From Candidatus Nomurabacteria bacterium (lineage in GTDB: Bacteria > Patescibacteriota > Minisyncoccia > Phycocordibacterales > SBAW01), in the NCBI GenBank assembly GCA_943349945.1, contig CALQZS010000001.1:213739-277738 (forward strand): a DNA stretch of 64,000 nt. The letters run 5' to 3'. This document shows positions 27,410 to 35,491 of this stretch, one piece after another. Position 1 is the first letter of the stretch, and every line of letters starts with the position of its first letter. The notes beneath the pieces were generated by a model. The model saw only the letters and a program-made list of their open reading frames with translations. It was not told the DNA's origin and did no database searches. Made by a program: the position numbers and the translations under genes.

Positions 27410-28513
27410 ATGTCGTCTCGCGTATTATTGGGCACCTACATAGCCGCAGCAGTTATAGCCGCAGGGACACTGCTTGCCGCGCCAGCCACCACCTTGCCGC
27501 CTGCCACCGTGGCCACTAAAGAACCTCTGTCCGCCATACCCGCCACGACAGGAGGCGTCTTCCCTGTAGCCGACGATAGGCCAACCCTCGCAACCAGCAC
27601 ACCAACGGACGCACCCACACAAGTAGCCGCAGTTGCTGCAACGCCTACATCTACAGAAGCCACGCCCGCACCCGAAACAAGTGTGGATGTAAATGCCAAA
27701 ACCCGCGCAGCGCTGGTTAATATTTTTTGCTCATCCAAAAACGGCGGGCCCATTAGCGGCAGCGGCATCGTGGTCGACAGTCGCGGCGTCATTTTGACCA
27801 ACGCGCACGTCGGGCAGTTTTTACTTTTGCAAAACGCACTCCCCGACCAAGTGCAGTGCACGGTGCGCACCGGCAGCCCCGCCAAGCCCGCATACCATGC
27901 CAAGCTTTTGTACCTCTCGACCGCATGGATGGCAGAGAACGCCGACAAAATAAGCGAGAAGCACGCAACCGGCAGCGGCGAAAACGATTACGCGTTTTTG
28001 TATATCACCGGCCCGGTCGAATCTGCCACCATGGGCGAGCTTTCCGCTGTAAAGATGACTACCAACCGACCATCCCGCGGCGCCCCTGTGTTGTTGGCAG
28101 GCTACCCAGCCGGCTTTTTGGACAGCGCCACCATAGAGAAAGACCTCTATATCACTTCATCGTTTACCACGGTCGAAAATTTGTTTACCTTTAACGACAA
28201 CGACCAACAAGTGGACTTGGTGTCTGTGGGTGGCACGGTTGTCTCACAGTCAGGCGCATCGGGCGGCAGCGTAGTGCGCCAACAAGACGGCACCTTGCTT
28301 GCGGTGATAGCCACCGCGACAAACGCAAGCAACACTGCTGCCCGCGACTTACGCGCCATCACCGTGGCCCACATAGACCGCAGCCTCGCTGCCGAGGGTA
28401 AGGGCGGCATCATCGCACTCTTGACCGGAGACTTGCCCCAAAAGGTGGCGGACTTTCATACACAACTCGCCCCCGAGCTTACGCAAAAATTGTTGGACGG
28501 CTTAAAAAAATAA
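27410..28513 (+). CDS. Secreted trypsin-like serine protease (S1 family, no PDZ domain)
   Basis: Catalytic triad context TNAHV (His), NDYAFL (Asp), SGASGGSV (Ser); signal/TM at the N-terminus; the track ORF begins at a TTG at 27353. Confidence 0.7.
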   Translation: MSSRVLLGTYIAAAVIAAGTLLAAPATTLPPATVATKEPLSAIPATTGGVFPVADDRPTLATSTPTDAPTQVAAVAATPTSTEATPAPETSVDVNAKTRAALVNIFCSSKNGGPISGSGIVVDSRGVILTNAHVGQFLLLQNALPDQVQCTVRTGSPAKPAYHAKLLYLSTAWMAENADKISEKHATGSGENDYAFLYITGPVESATMGELSAVKMTTNRPSRGAPVLLAGYPAGFLDSATIEKDLYITSSFTTVENLFTFNDNDQQVDLVSVGGTVVSQSGASGGSVVRQQDGTLLAVIATATNASNTAARDLRAITVAHIDRSLAAEGKGGIIALLTGDLPQKVADFHTQLAPELTQKLLDGLKK

Positions 28514-28550
28514 AGTCCCGCGACCACAAAAGTGGGGCAGGACTTGGACT

Positions 28551-28739
28551 CTATTGAGCAGTTGTGCGTTTGGTGTGCACAGGTTCGACGTTGTGTATGC
28601 CGGTAATAGTGTGTATTGCCGGGCAACCACTACAATCCCCCACCGAGCAATTTCTGCAGTTTTCTCCACGCGTCATTTGTATTGCAAGCAATGGATCATC
28701 TGGATCGCCCCGAAGGACGCCTGGAGCAGATTTGCTCAT
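28551..28739 (-). CDS. Possible small Cys-motif protein (CRNC...CSGC)
   Basis: 62 aa; GGGAGA-like RBS upstream; no homology recognisable; low confidence. Confidence 0.2.
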   Translation of the reverse strand: MSKSAPGVLRGDPDDPLLAIQMTRGENCRNCSVGDCSGCPAIHTITGIHNVEPVHTKRTTAQ

Positions 28740-28887
28740 ATTATTTTCTCCCTACAAGGTACGAGTCATCCGGAGAACTGTATAAAAAAGCCTTTTGCTT
28801 GTCAAACGCAGAAAATAAAAAAGGACGAGCTGTGGAAATTCACAGACCCGCCCAAAATTGACCTTGCCCAAATTAATTATCGGACTT

Positions 28888-29076
28888 TTATTGCGGTAAG
28901 TCCTCTTCTTCCTGCATCCGATCAGAGCCACGTGCCACAAACCCCCGCGGCAAAGGTTCGTTTGCCCGCTTTACAAATCCCACACCATCAGGTGCTTTTA
29001 GCGGCACACTCGGCGCTGCCACCTGCCCAGTACAGCCCGCAAACCATCCGGTTTGGGTTGGCTTTTTCTTGTCGGC
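28888..29076 (-). CDS. Possible small protein (MADKKKPTQTGWFAGCTGQ...)
   Basis: Own translation; AAGGAG RBS 8 nt upstream of the ATG; start lies 6 nt after the stop of the preceding small ORF. Confidence 0.25.
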   Translation of the reverse strand, partial: ADKKKPTQTGWFAGCTGQVAAPSVPLKAPDGVGFVKRANEPLPRGFVARGSDRMQEEEDLPQ

Positions 29077-29082
29077 CATTTC

Positions 29083-29226
29083 CCTACTCCTTGTCTTGCT
29101 TCGACGTTTCTTCAGCGCCGGTCTTTTTGTCCCCACCCGCTTGTTGGGCTTGCTCGTAACTGAGCTTCACGTCCTCTCGAGTCGGCACTCGTATACCATT
29201 GTACGTAATTTGGGTATGCGCAGGCA
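29083..29226 (-). CDS. Possible 47-aa small protein (MPAHTQITYNGIRVPTREDVKL...)
   Basis: Own translation; GAGGAG RBS 8 nt upstream; not in the track (<60 aa). Confidence 0.25.
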
Positions 29227-29585
29227 TGTAACACTCCTCACTGTTTCAAGAACTCCCACCGTCATCCTAGTACCGGCACACCATGCGCCTGCTTTAGGGG
29301 TGGGTGTAAAGTTTCTTTATCTAAAAAATCCTTACATCAACCTCCAAAACGAAACAGAGCCCCCTAAGGGGCTCTTGCGTGTGTTTTATGTAAAAAACTA
29401 ACTTATATCGCAAGACCCCTTCTGGTAAAGGTAAAAAATGCCCAGAAGAAATAATTGCGCGACTGCTGCATGTCTCTACCCTACTGCAGCAACACACAGG
29501 CGTCAAGAAACCTCTGTGTAGAAGTAAAAAAATAAAGTGCGTACCCACCAGCGCTTTACAGCACCAGCAGATACGCACTAAAAAT

Positions 29586-30101
29586 CTAGCAAGAACCCAT
29601 CAAGACTGTGCGAGAGCCCGCCCGCCGAAGCCGCCAGTCAAACCGGCACATAGGGTTGCGGATTGTTTGCACTGGTTGCCCCCACGGCAGCCGGTCTGGC
29701 TTCCTTGCGTTCACCGCCGCACCTTGGGTAAAGGTGTGCAGTAGGAAGTGCGCCCGATTCTGCACCACTTCGTCGCCCACAGCCGCCTCACCCACCGCAA
29801 CAGCGTACGGCAAGCCTTGCACCCACTGTGGCCACCCTTGGGACAAAAGTATCTCTTCCCCCAAACGGTCTTTCAGTAGTCGTGGCGCATACATCCCCAA
29901 GTGCCTGGCGCTCGGGCGTGCTTGAGACAAACTAAGTGAGTGGTCAAACAAGCCAACGCCAGTGCCAGGCACTGTTGGCGCAGAGGTAGAACACACAACC
30001 TCAAACCCAGGCGCACAACCTTGCATCCTGAGCGTGGAAATAATCTCCAACATTTGCACAGAGCGCGGATTGCCGGGCAACGTAAAGAACACTACGGACA
30101 T
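29586..30101 (-). CDS. Hypothetical protein (171 aa) with a strong Shine-Dalgarno
   Basis: AAGGAG 7 nt upstream of the ATG; no recognisable domain. Confidence 0.3.
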   Translation of the reverse strand: MSVVFFTLPGNPRSVQMLEIISTLRMQGCAPGFEVVCSTSAPTVPGTGVGLFDHSLSLSQARPSARHLGMYAPRLLKDRLGEEILLSQGWPQWVQGLPYAVAVGEAAVGDEVVQNRAHFLLHTFTQGAAVNARKPDRLPWGQPVQTIRNPMCRFDWRLRRAGSRTVLMGSC

Positions 30102-30143
30102 TGTTTACTCCTTTTGCGTACAGAACGACTCATCCAAAAACAA

Positions 30144-30180
30144 ACAAGGCCCCCATTCGGAGGCCTTGTGATTTGTTTTG
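30144..30180 (+). terminator. Rho-independent terminator on the plus strand (acaaggcc..ggccttgt + gatttgttttgg)
   Basis: 10-bp stem plus U-tract; no confident plus-strand CDS upstream, which suggests an unannotated transcript. Confidence 0.4.
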
Positions 30181-30319
30181 GTTAGTTTAGGAACTTAGCA
30201 ACCATCAAGGCCTCCGCATATGTGCAGTGTAATGACGCGGCGGACCATGTGGAAAGCTTGTTCCATATTCAAAATGTACTTAATTCCCCCTAGGGCGTCA
30301 AGCGACGTTGTGAATATCG

Positions 30320-31300
30320 CTAGTTAGCTTTCCAACGCGCAAAGATGCCGCACGGCAAAACCCTGTCCCCTGCTTCTTGCGCAATAGCCAGGTCGCCATA
30401 CTCAATTTTTCCGCCAAATTTTGCTTGAAATTGCTCTAGGTTGTATGCAAAGGCCAAAGGCGAATACCCTGCTGCATAACCGTTTATCAAAAAGAAAAGC
30501 GGCTTGTCGCTCAAGAGTTGGCCGCACAGGCCTATAAGCTCTATCAAATCTTCTTCTATCTTCCACAATTCATCTTTTGGGCCATGACCGAACGCTGGTG
30601 GGTCCATGATGATGCCGTCGTAGCGATTCCCCCGTTTTATCTCGCGCTTTACAAATACCAACACATCTTCAATAAGCCAACGAATTGGCTTATCTGTCAA
30701 GTTTGACGCCTCTGCATTTTCGCGCGCCCATGCAACCGCTGTTTTAGACGCGTCTACATGTGTTACCACCGCCCCCGCTTGTGCAGCAGCGAGCGTCGCC
30801 CCACCCGTATACCCAAAGAGGTTGAGTACTTTTGGCTGCGATAGAGGCACATTATCGAGAGACGAAGCAGAAGAAGGTTGAGGGAGAGTCTGAGGCGCGA
30901 CGGCGCCGAGGCGAGGGAATTTATCAGCAGGAAATTCCCGCTCTCCTGAAGCCTTGCTTCTGCGCAGGACCTCCCCTACCCACTCCCAGTTAGATAACTG
31001 CTCGGGGAATAGTCCTGTATGTTTAAAACTCGTTGGCCGGATTAAAAATTGTAGACCTCCAAATGTAATTTGCCATTGCTTAGGCAAATTATCTGCGACC
31101 CACACCCCATCCTTACCTTGTCGCTCAAACCGCCCTTGCGCCTTTGCCCACTCCCCCACCCCAAGTGTTTTTTGCCACAAAGCTTGAGGGTCTGGGCGCG
31201 CAAGCACTACGTCGCCATACCGCTCGAGCTTTTGTTGGTCGCCAGAATCCAGCAGCGCATATTCGCTGCTGGGGCTTGTTACTAAAGTTAGACGTTCCAC
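30320..31300 (-). CDS. SAM-dependent rRNA (cytosine-C5) methyltransferase, RlmI/YccW-like
   Basis: SAM motif LNLFGYTGGATLAAA; motif IV IIMDPPAFG; starts at a GTG. Confidence 0.65.
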   Translation of the reverse strand: MERLTLVTSPSSEYALLDSGDQQKLERYGDVVLARPDPQALWQKTLGVGEWAKAQGRFERQGKDGVWVADNLPKQWQITFGGLQFLIRPTSFKHTGLFPEQLSNWEWVGEVLRRSKASGEREFPADKFPRLGAVAPQTLPQPSSASSLDNVPLSQPKVLNLFGYTGGATLAAAQAGAVVTHVDASKTAVAWARENAEASNLTDKPIRWLIEDVLVFVKREIKRGNRYDGIIMDPPAFGHGPKDELWKIEEDLIELIGLCGQLLSDKPLFFLINGYAAGYSPLAFAYNLEQFQAKFGGKIEYGDLAIAQEAGDRVLPCGIFARWKAN

Positions 31301-31327
31301 GTGAAATGTATATTGCGAACTATTTTG

Positions 31328-31398
31328 TCGGGGCGCCGAGAATCGGACTCGGTCTACCTGCTCCCAAAGCAGGTGTACTACCGGTATACTACGCCCCG
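31328..31398 (-). tRNA. tRNA-Pro (anticodon UGG), no encoded CCA; missed by and overlapped by spurious ORFs in the track
   Basis: Manual fold: acceptor CGGGGCG/CGCCCCG with the C1:G72 pair typical of bacterial tRNA-Pro; anticodon stem CCTGC/GCAGG with loop TTTGGGA (G37); T-arm CCGAG-TCCGATT-CTCGG. Confidence 0.7.
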
Positions 31399-31442
31399 GG
31401 TCAAAATCACTCTACCACAACTCTGCAAAATCTGCCTGTCCT

Positions 31443-31835
31443 TTAAAGGACAATATTCTCGAACAGCTCTACCCTACCCTTTTTAGCCTGCATGTCGATA
31501 TATACACAAGCCAAGTCTATCTGCCACACAGCACTATCTGGCACTTTTTTACCCAGCAAGTACGTTTGTATTGCCCGATGGAGCCTCTGTACCTTTTTGG
31601 GGTGCATATTCTCCTCTGGGCGCAGTGTTTCGCGTGAAAACCACCTGGACGATTCACGTGAAACGGATTTTACCTCCACAAAGCGGAAGGTATCCCCTTT
31701 TTGAGCCACAATGTCGATTTCTCCCCAAGGCTTCCAATAGTTACGCTCCAACACCACAAAACCTTTCTTTTGCAGATACCTGCAGGCAATCCCCTCGCCA
31801 ATATCCCCTATTTCGCGCTTTTTTGTCTTTGCCAT
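31443..31835 (-). CDS. YraN-family (UPF0102) endonuclease
   Basis: 130 aa; GEIDIVA...FVEVK core. Confidence 0.8.
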   Translation of the reverse strand: MAKTKKREIGDIGEGIACRYLQKKGFVVLERNYWKPWGEIDIVAQKGDTFRFVEVKSVSRESSRWFSRETLRPEENMHPKKVQRLHRAIQTYLLGKKVPDSAVWQIDLACVYIDMQAKKGRVELFENIVL

Positions 31836-32014
31836 GATTCACATGAAACAACTGACAATATGTCACCTTAGAAACAATTTGGCCTATATAATGGCTTAAA
31901 GACTCACTATCGATCATCTCAAGGATATGTCCTTAATACACATTTCCCCAGAGTTATCCACAGAAATAGGGGATTAGTGCCATTTATCAACATTTCTATT
32001 GCCCGCCTTTGAGA

Positions 32015-32220
32015 CTGTCCTTTTGGGCGGGTAGGGAGGGGAATCGGTCACAGACAGGGGGGTCTCTAGTTCTGTCCTTACTTTGTGCGGATTAGGGAGG
32101 GAATCGGTCACAAGTTCCCTTCGGGACTCGCGACCCCGCCTCATAGCCGCTAAAGCGGCATATTCCGGCTTTCGATTCTCCACGCAGGCAAAGCAGTTTG
32201 CCTGCTCTGTCCTTACTTTG
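32015..32220. repeat. Tandem degenerate pseudo-copies of the tRNA-Gly 3' end + 3' flank (three units), the last carrying the ~95-nt conserved structured insert
   Basis: Units ctgtcctt(actt)tgtgcgg-NNN-gggag(g)gaatcggtcac at ~32015, ~32071, ~32207; the same gaatcggtcacaag junction motif also appears at 27098 and 32355. Confidence 0.5.
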
Positions 32221-32291
32221 TGCGGCCAGGGAGAATCGAACTCCCGTCTGCTCCTTGGCAAGGAGCCGTCATACCATTAAACTATGGCCGC
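32221..32291 (-). tRNA. tRNA-Gly (anticodon GCC), no encoded CCA
   Basis: Manual fold: acceptor GCGGCCA/TGGCCGC, anticodon stem GCTCC/GGAGC with loop TTGCCAA, T-arm GGGAG-TTCGATT-CTCCC. Confidence 0.8.
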
Positions 32292-32525
32292 TTTCTTCTT
32301 ACGTTCGATACTATAGCACAAAAAATTAAATTCGGTCAGGATTCTGCCAGGATTCGGTCACAAGCAACTTTTCGTTCATTTTGCTTTTTTGTGGTCACGA
32401 ATAATTCTTCGCCGTCGCTCAGAATTTTCTCGACCCCGGCTCGCGGTCCTGCTTGCTAGCAGGACATCGCTCCGCCCAGCACAGAAGCACAAAATTCCGC
32501 GCAGGCGGAATGTTTGTACCTTCTG

Positions 32526-32597
32526 TGCTCCCGCCAGGATTCGAACCTGGAACAACTGCTTCGAAGGCAGGCATGATATCCATTTCACTACGGGAGC
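32526..32597 (-). tRNA. tRNA-Arg (anticodon UCG), no encoded CCA
   Basis: Manual fold: acceptor GCTCCCG/CGGGAGC, anticodon loop CTTCGAA (one mismatch at the base of the anticodon stem), T-arm CCAGG-TTCGAAT-CCTGG. Confidence 0.6.
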
Positions 32598-32638
32598 GCT
32601 TGAAAGCGCGATAGGGCATCGCGTGATAGGATTGTGCC

Positions 32639-34111
32639 ATGCAACTGTCCCCAAGCCAAATACCTCCAGAGGTTTCACGAATAACCAAAACCTTCGAAAA
32701 CGCGGGTTTTGAAGCCTGGATAGTGGGTGGATGTGTGCGTGATTTGCTGCTTGGTCGCAAGCCAAAAGACTGGGACGTAGCCACCAACGCCACACCCGAA
32801 CAGATCCAAGGATTGTTCGAAAACACCTTTTATACCAACGAATTTGGCACGGTCGGCATAGTTAACGAAGACGTGGAAGACGAGAGTCTCAAAGTGGTCG
32901 AGGCAACTCCATACCGCGTAGAAGGGAAGTATAGCGACGCGCGCCGCCCAGACAGCGTTATTTTTAGCCAAAAAATAGAGGACGACCTTAAGCGCCGCGA
33001 CTTTACCATCAATGCTCTTGCCTACAACACCGCAGGGGAGCTTATAGACCTTTATGGCGGCATACAAGACATTGATGCAGGGCTTATACGTGCCGTAGGG
33101 GACCCGATTGACCGCTTCGAGGAAGATGCGCTGCGTATTTTGCGGGCAGTACGCATTTCGGCAGAGCTTAATTTCGCCATAGAAGCCTCTACAAAGACTG
33201 CGATGCAGCAGTGTGCTACCCAGCTCGGAAAGATATCAAAAGAACGCGTACGCGATGAATTTGTGCGAATCATAGGCTCTACACAACCCATGGCAGCCTT
33301 AGTACTTGCCCGAGAGTTGGGTATTTTGCAATATATGGCGCCCGACATAGAGCAGGGGATTGGTGTTGAACAAAATCAGGCACACAGCTTTGACGTATTC
33401 GAGCATAACCTGCGCTCGCTCCAGCATGCTGCCGACAAAGGTTGGGACTTTGATATACGGCTTGCAGCCCTGTTTCACGACGTAGGCAAGCCTGCCAGCC
33501 GTCGCTGGTCAGACGAAAAACGCGACTGGACGTTCCACGGCCACGACGTTATTGGGGCCCGGATGGCCAAAAAAGCCTTAGGAGACCTTAAATTTTCACG
33601 TGAAACAGTAGAAAAGGCCACAAAAATGGTGCGCTGGCACATGTTTTTCTCCGACCCAGACAAAGTCACTCTTTCTGCGGTGCGGCGCATTATAGCCAAC
33701 GTAGGACGCGAAAATATAGAGGATTTGGTGAAACTGCGTATTTGTGACCGCATAGGCACCGGCCGCCCCAAAGAGCAGCCATTCCGCCTGCGCAAATACC
33801 AAGCGATGATAGACCAGGCACTGCGCGACCCAATTTCTGTAGCTATGCTCAAAATAGACGGCAAGCGTTTGATGGAAGTAACAGGCGAGAAACCAGGCCC
33901 ACGCTTGGGCTGGTTGTTGCACGCACTTTTGGAAGAAGTATTGGACGATCCAGCACGCAACACAGAAGAATATTTAGATACAAAAGCAAAAGAGCTTGCA
34001 GCGCTCTCGGATGCCGACCTGCAATCTAAAGGACAAGAGGCGAAAGAGAAGAAAGAGCAAGCAGAGCAAGCTGATTTGGACGAAATCAACAAAAAGTATT
34101 TCGTAAATTAA
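32639..34111 (+). CDS. cca: CCA-adding tRNA nucleotidyltransferase with C-terminal HD domain
   Basis: 490 aa; Pol-beta NTase head GGCVRDLLLG...DWD; HD motif LFHDVGKP; sits directly beside the CCA-less tRNA cluster. Confidence 0.85.
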   Translation: MQLSPSQIPPEVSRITKTFENAGFEAWIVGGCVRDLLLGRKPKDWDVATNATPEQIQGLFENTFYTNEFGTVGIVNEDVEDESLKVVEATPYRVEGKYSDARRPDSVIFSQKIEDDLKRRDFTINALAYNTAGELIDLYGGIQDIDAGLIRAVGDPIDRFEEDALRILRAVRISAELNFAIEASTKTAMQQCATQLGKISKERVRDEFVRIIGSTQPMAALVLARELGILQYMAPDIEQGIGVEQNQAHSFDVFEHNLRSLQHAADKGWDFDIRLAALFHDVGKPASRRWSDEKRDWTFHGHDVIGARMAKKALGDLKFSRETVEKATKMVRWHMFFSDPDKVTLSAVRRIIANVGRENIEDLVKLRICDRIGTGRPKEQPFRLRKYQAMIDQALRDPISVAMLKIDGKRLMEVTGEKPGPRLGWLLHALLEEVLDDPARNTEEYLDTKAKELAALSDADLQSKGQEAKEKKEQAEQADLDEINKKYFVN

Positions 34112-34488
34112 GTGGCCAACGGAAAGGCTTTGTCCTTTATCTTTTATGTTATCCACACATATGTCCTTTACACTGTCCTTGATAGAGCGCATAGTTACTT
34201 CAGACATAAACGCCGACCTAACAGTTTTGCCCTGGACTGATTAGCGGCACCAGTACATTCGTGCGAAATAGCGCGCGCACATTAGTATGTTATCTTGCAG
34301 CTCAATATTACATTTGAGCGAGTACGAAAAACGATCACACATAGTCATAAAATTTTGACCAAAAACGTATTTTCGTTTAGTTCTTAAAAAAGAGCTACAA
34401 GATTCCAACATACACACCCCCGACCAATCTCCGTTGTCGGGGGTTATTTGTACCCAAATTTCCAACACATAGGCCGGGCCTATGTGTT

Positions 34489-35253
34489 TTACTTACTAGA
34501 CAAGCCCCACAACACTTCAAAAAAGCAGCGGTACCCATTTGCGATCTCCTTATTTTTGAACGCAAAAGAGACAACAGGGTCGCCAAATAGATGAAAAACT
34601 ATTTTGTCGCTCAAAATATCTGTATCCACCCCAGGCGCAGGCGAGGGGAGTACGCGATAGTCGAAAAAACGCCTAGTTTGAGCCATAACTTTAAGATATA
34701 GGGGCGAGCCACCAGTGCTTATGTAGCGAATTTGGACCCCTTTAGCGACTCGTTTTCGCTCGTATTCGTCTATATGGTCTGCCATAAGCGCCATATATTT
34801 GTCGCCCCCACTGCCTAGTACGTACATAACCGCCTCGTCGGGCAACTGGTCCAGCAATGCAAATTGCTGAGCCACAAACGCCGACGCCCCCTGGTAGACC
34901 TCAAAATCTTGCCCCTCTTTGCCTACAAAGCGCTTGCTCAGCTCTTGGGCGACCACTTGGGCGGCCAAACGCTTTTCTTCCACCAAGGCCACCAACCGGG
35001 CAGGAGGGTTGGCGCTAAATTTCTTGCGACCATTATGGACCGCGTGTTTTGCCAGCCCCAACTCCTCTAGTCGCTCTAGCGCCGCATAGACAAACTGCCC
35101 ATGCAGGGCAGTTGCCCGGATGAGTACCGAGCTCCCCACTTGCTCCTGCCCTAAGAGAGCTAGGTACACTTTCGACTCTTTAGCAGAAAGTCCTAGTTCT
35201 TCGAGCTTTTGAAGCAGCTCTTTTTCTTGTTTTTCATCAAAATTTCCTGACAC
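34489..35253 (-). CDS. TrmB-family wHTH transcriptional regulator
   Basis: 254 aa; N-terminal wHTH LGLSAKESKVYLALLGQEQVGSSVL; GTG start; two hairpins immediately after the stop. Confidence 0.6.
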   Translation of the reverse strand: MSGNFDEKQEKELLQKLEELGLSAKESKVYLALLGQEQVGSSVLIRATALHGQFVYAALERLEELGLAKHAVHNGRKKFSANPPARLVALVEEKRLAAQVVAQELSKRFVGKEGQDFEVYQGASAFVAQQFALLDQLPDEAVMYVLGSGGDKYMALMADHIDEYERKRVAKGVQIRYISTGGSPLYLKVMAQTRRFFDYRVLPSPAPGVDTDILSDKIVFHLFGDPVVSFAFKNKEIANGYRCFFEVLWGLSSK

Positions 35254-35345
35254 ACTTTTACTATATCATTAATTTAAAATGGTTTATATATTAAAATTTC
35301 ATCATCAATTTTTATTGATAAAATAACCCCTGCACACCACTCTTC

Positions 35346-35430
35346 CAAAAGTTATCCCCAGTTTTCCGTACGAAGGTCAGTCCTTCGTCGAAGGACTGAC
35401 CTTCGTAAATTTTTCTGTGGATAACTTTGG
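35346..35430. promoter_or_regulatory. 85-bp composite inverted repeat with a 39-bp perfect palindromic core; candidate operator/terminator
   Basis: Perfect palindrome tacgaaggtcagtccttcg-t-cgaaggactgaccttcgta (35369-35407) flanked by aagttatcc/ggataactt; ~95 bp upstream of the trmB-like gene and 60 bp after the xth stop. Confidence 0.4.
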
Positions 35431-35491
35431 GCTGGGATAGGGGACTGATACAAAAGAAAAACCTGATGGCAATCTGGAAGAAAGCGCCTGT

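Noticed and set aside
28575-28600. ggttcgacg, reminiscent of the tmRNA 5' GGUUUCGAC motif
   Set aside because: No tRNA-like 3' end (T-arm plus CUCCACCA) within 500 nt on either strand, and no tag-peptide reading frame found.
29586-29640. LPGNP motif at the N-terminus of the 171-aa ORF, reminiscent of the MogA/MoeA/CinA C-terminal signature
   Set aside because: The motif is at the wrong end of the protein, the rest of the sequence shows no MoCF-fold motifs (GGTG), and a molybdopterin gene is implausible in this context. Treated as coincidence.
30095-30125. acagaac, reminiscent of the RNase P RNA P4 3' strand
   Set aside because: The complementary P4 5' strand (GGAAAGUCCGG-like) is not found upstream. 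Too short to be meaningful.
31144-31486. Track ORFs 31144..31446 and 31301..31486 (plus strand)
   Set aside because: They overlap a canonical tRNA-Pro cloverleaf on the minus strand and the RlmI-like gene end, with no RBS. Judged non-coding.
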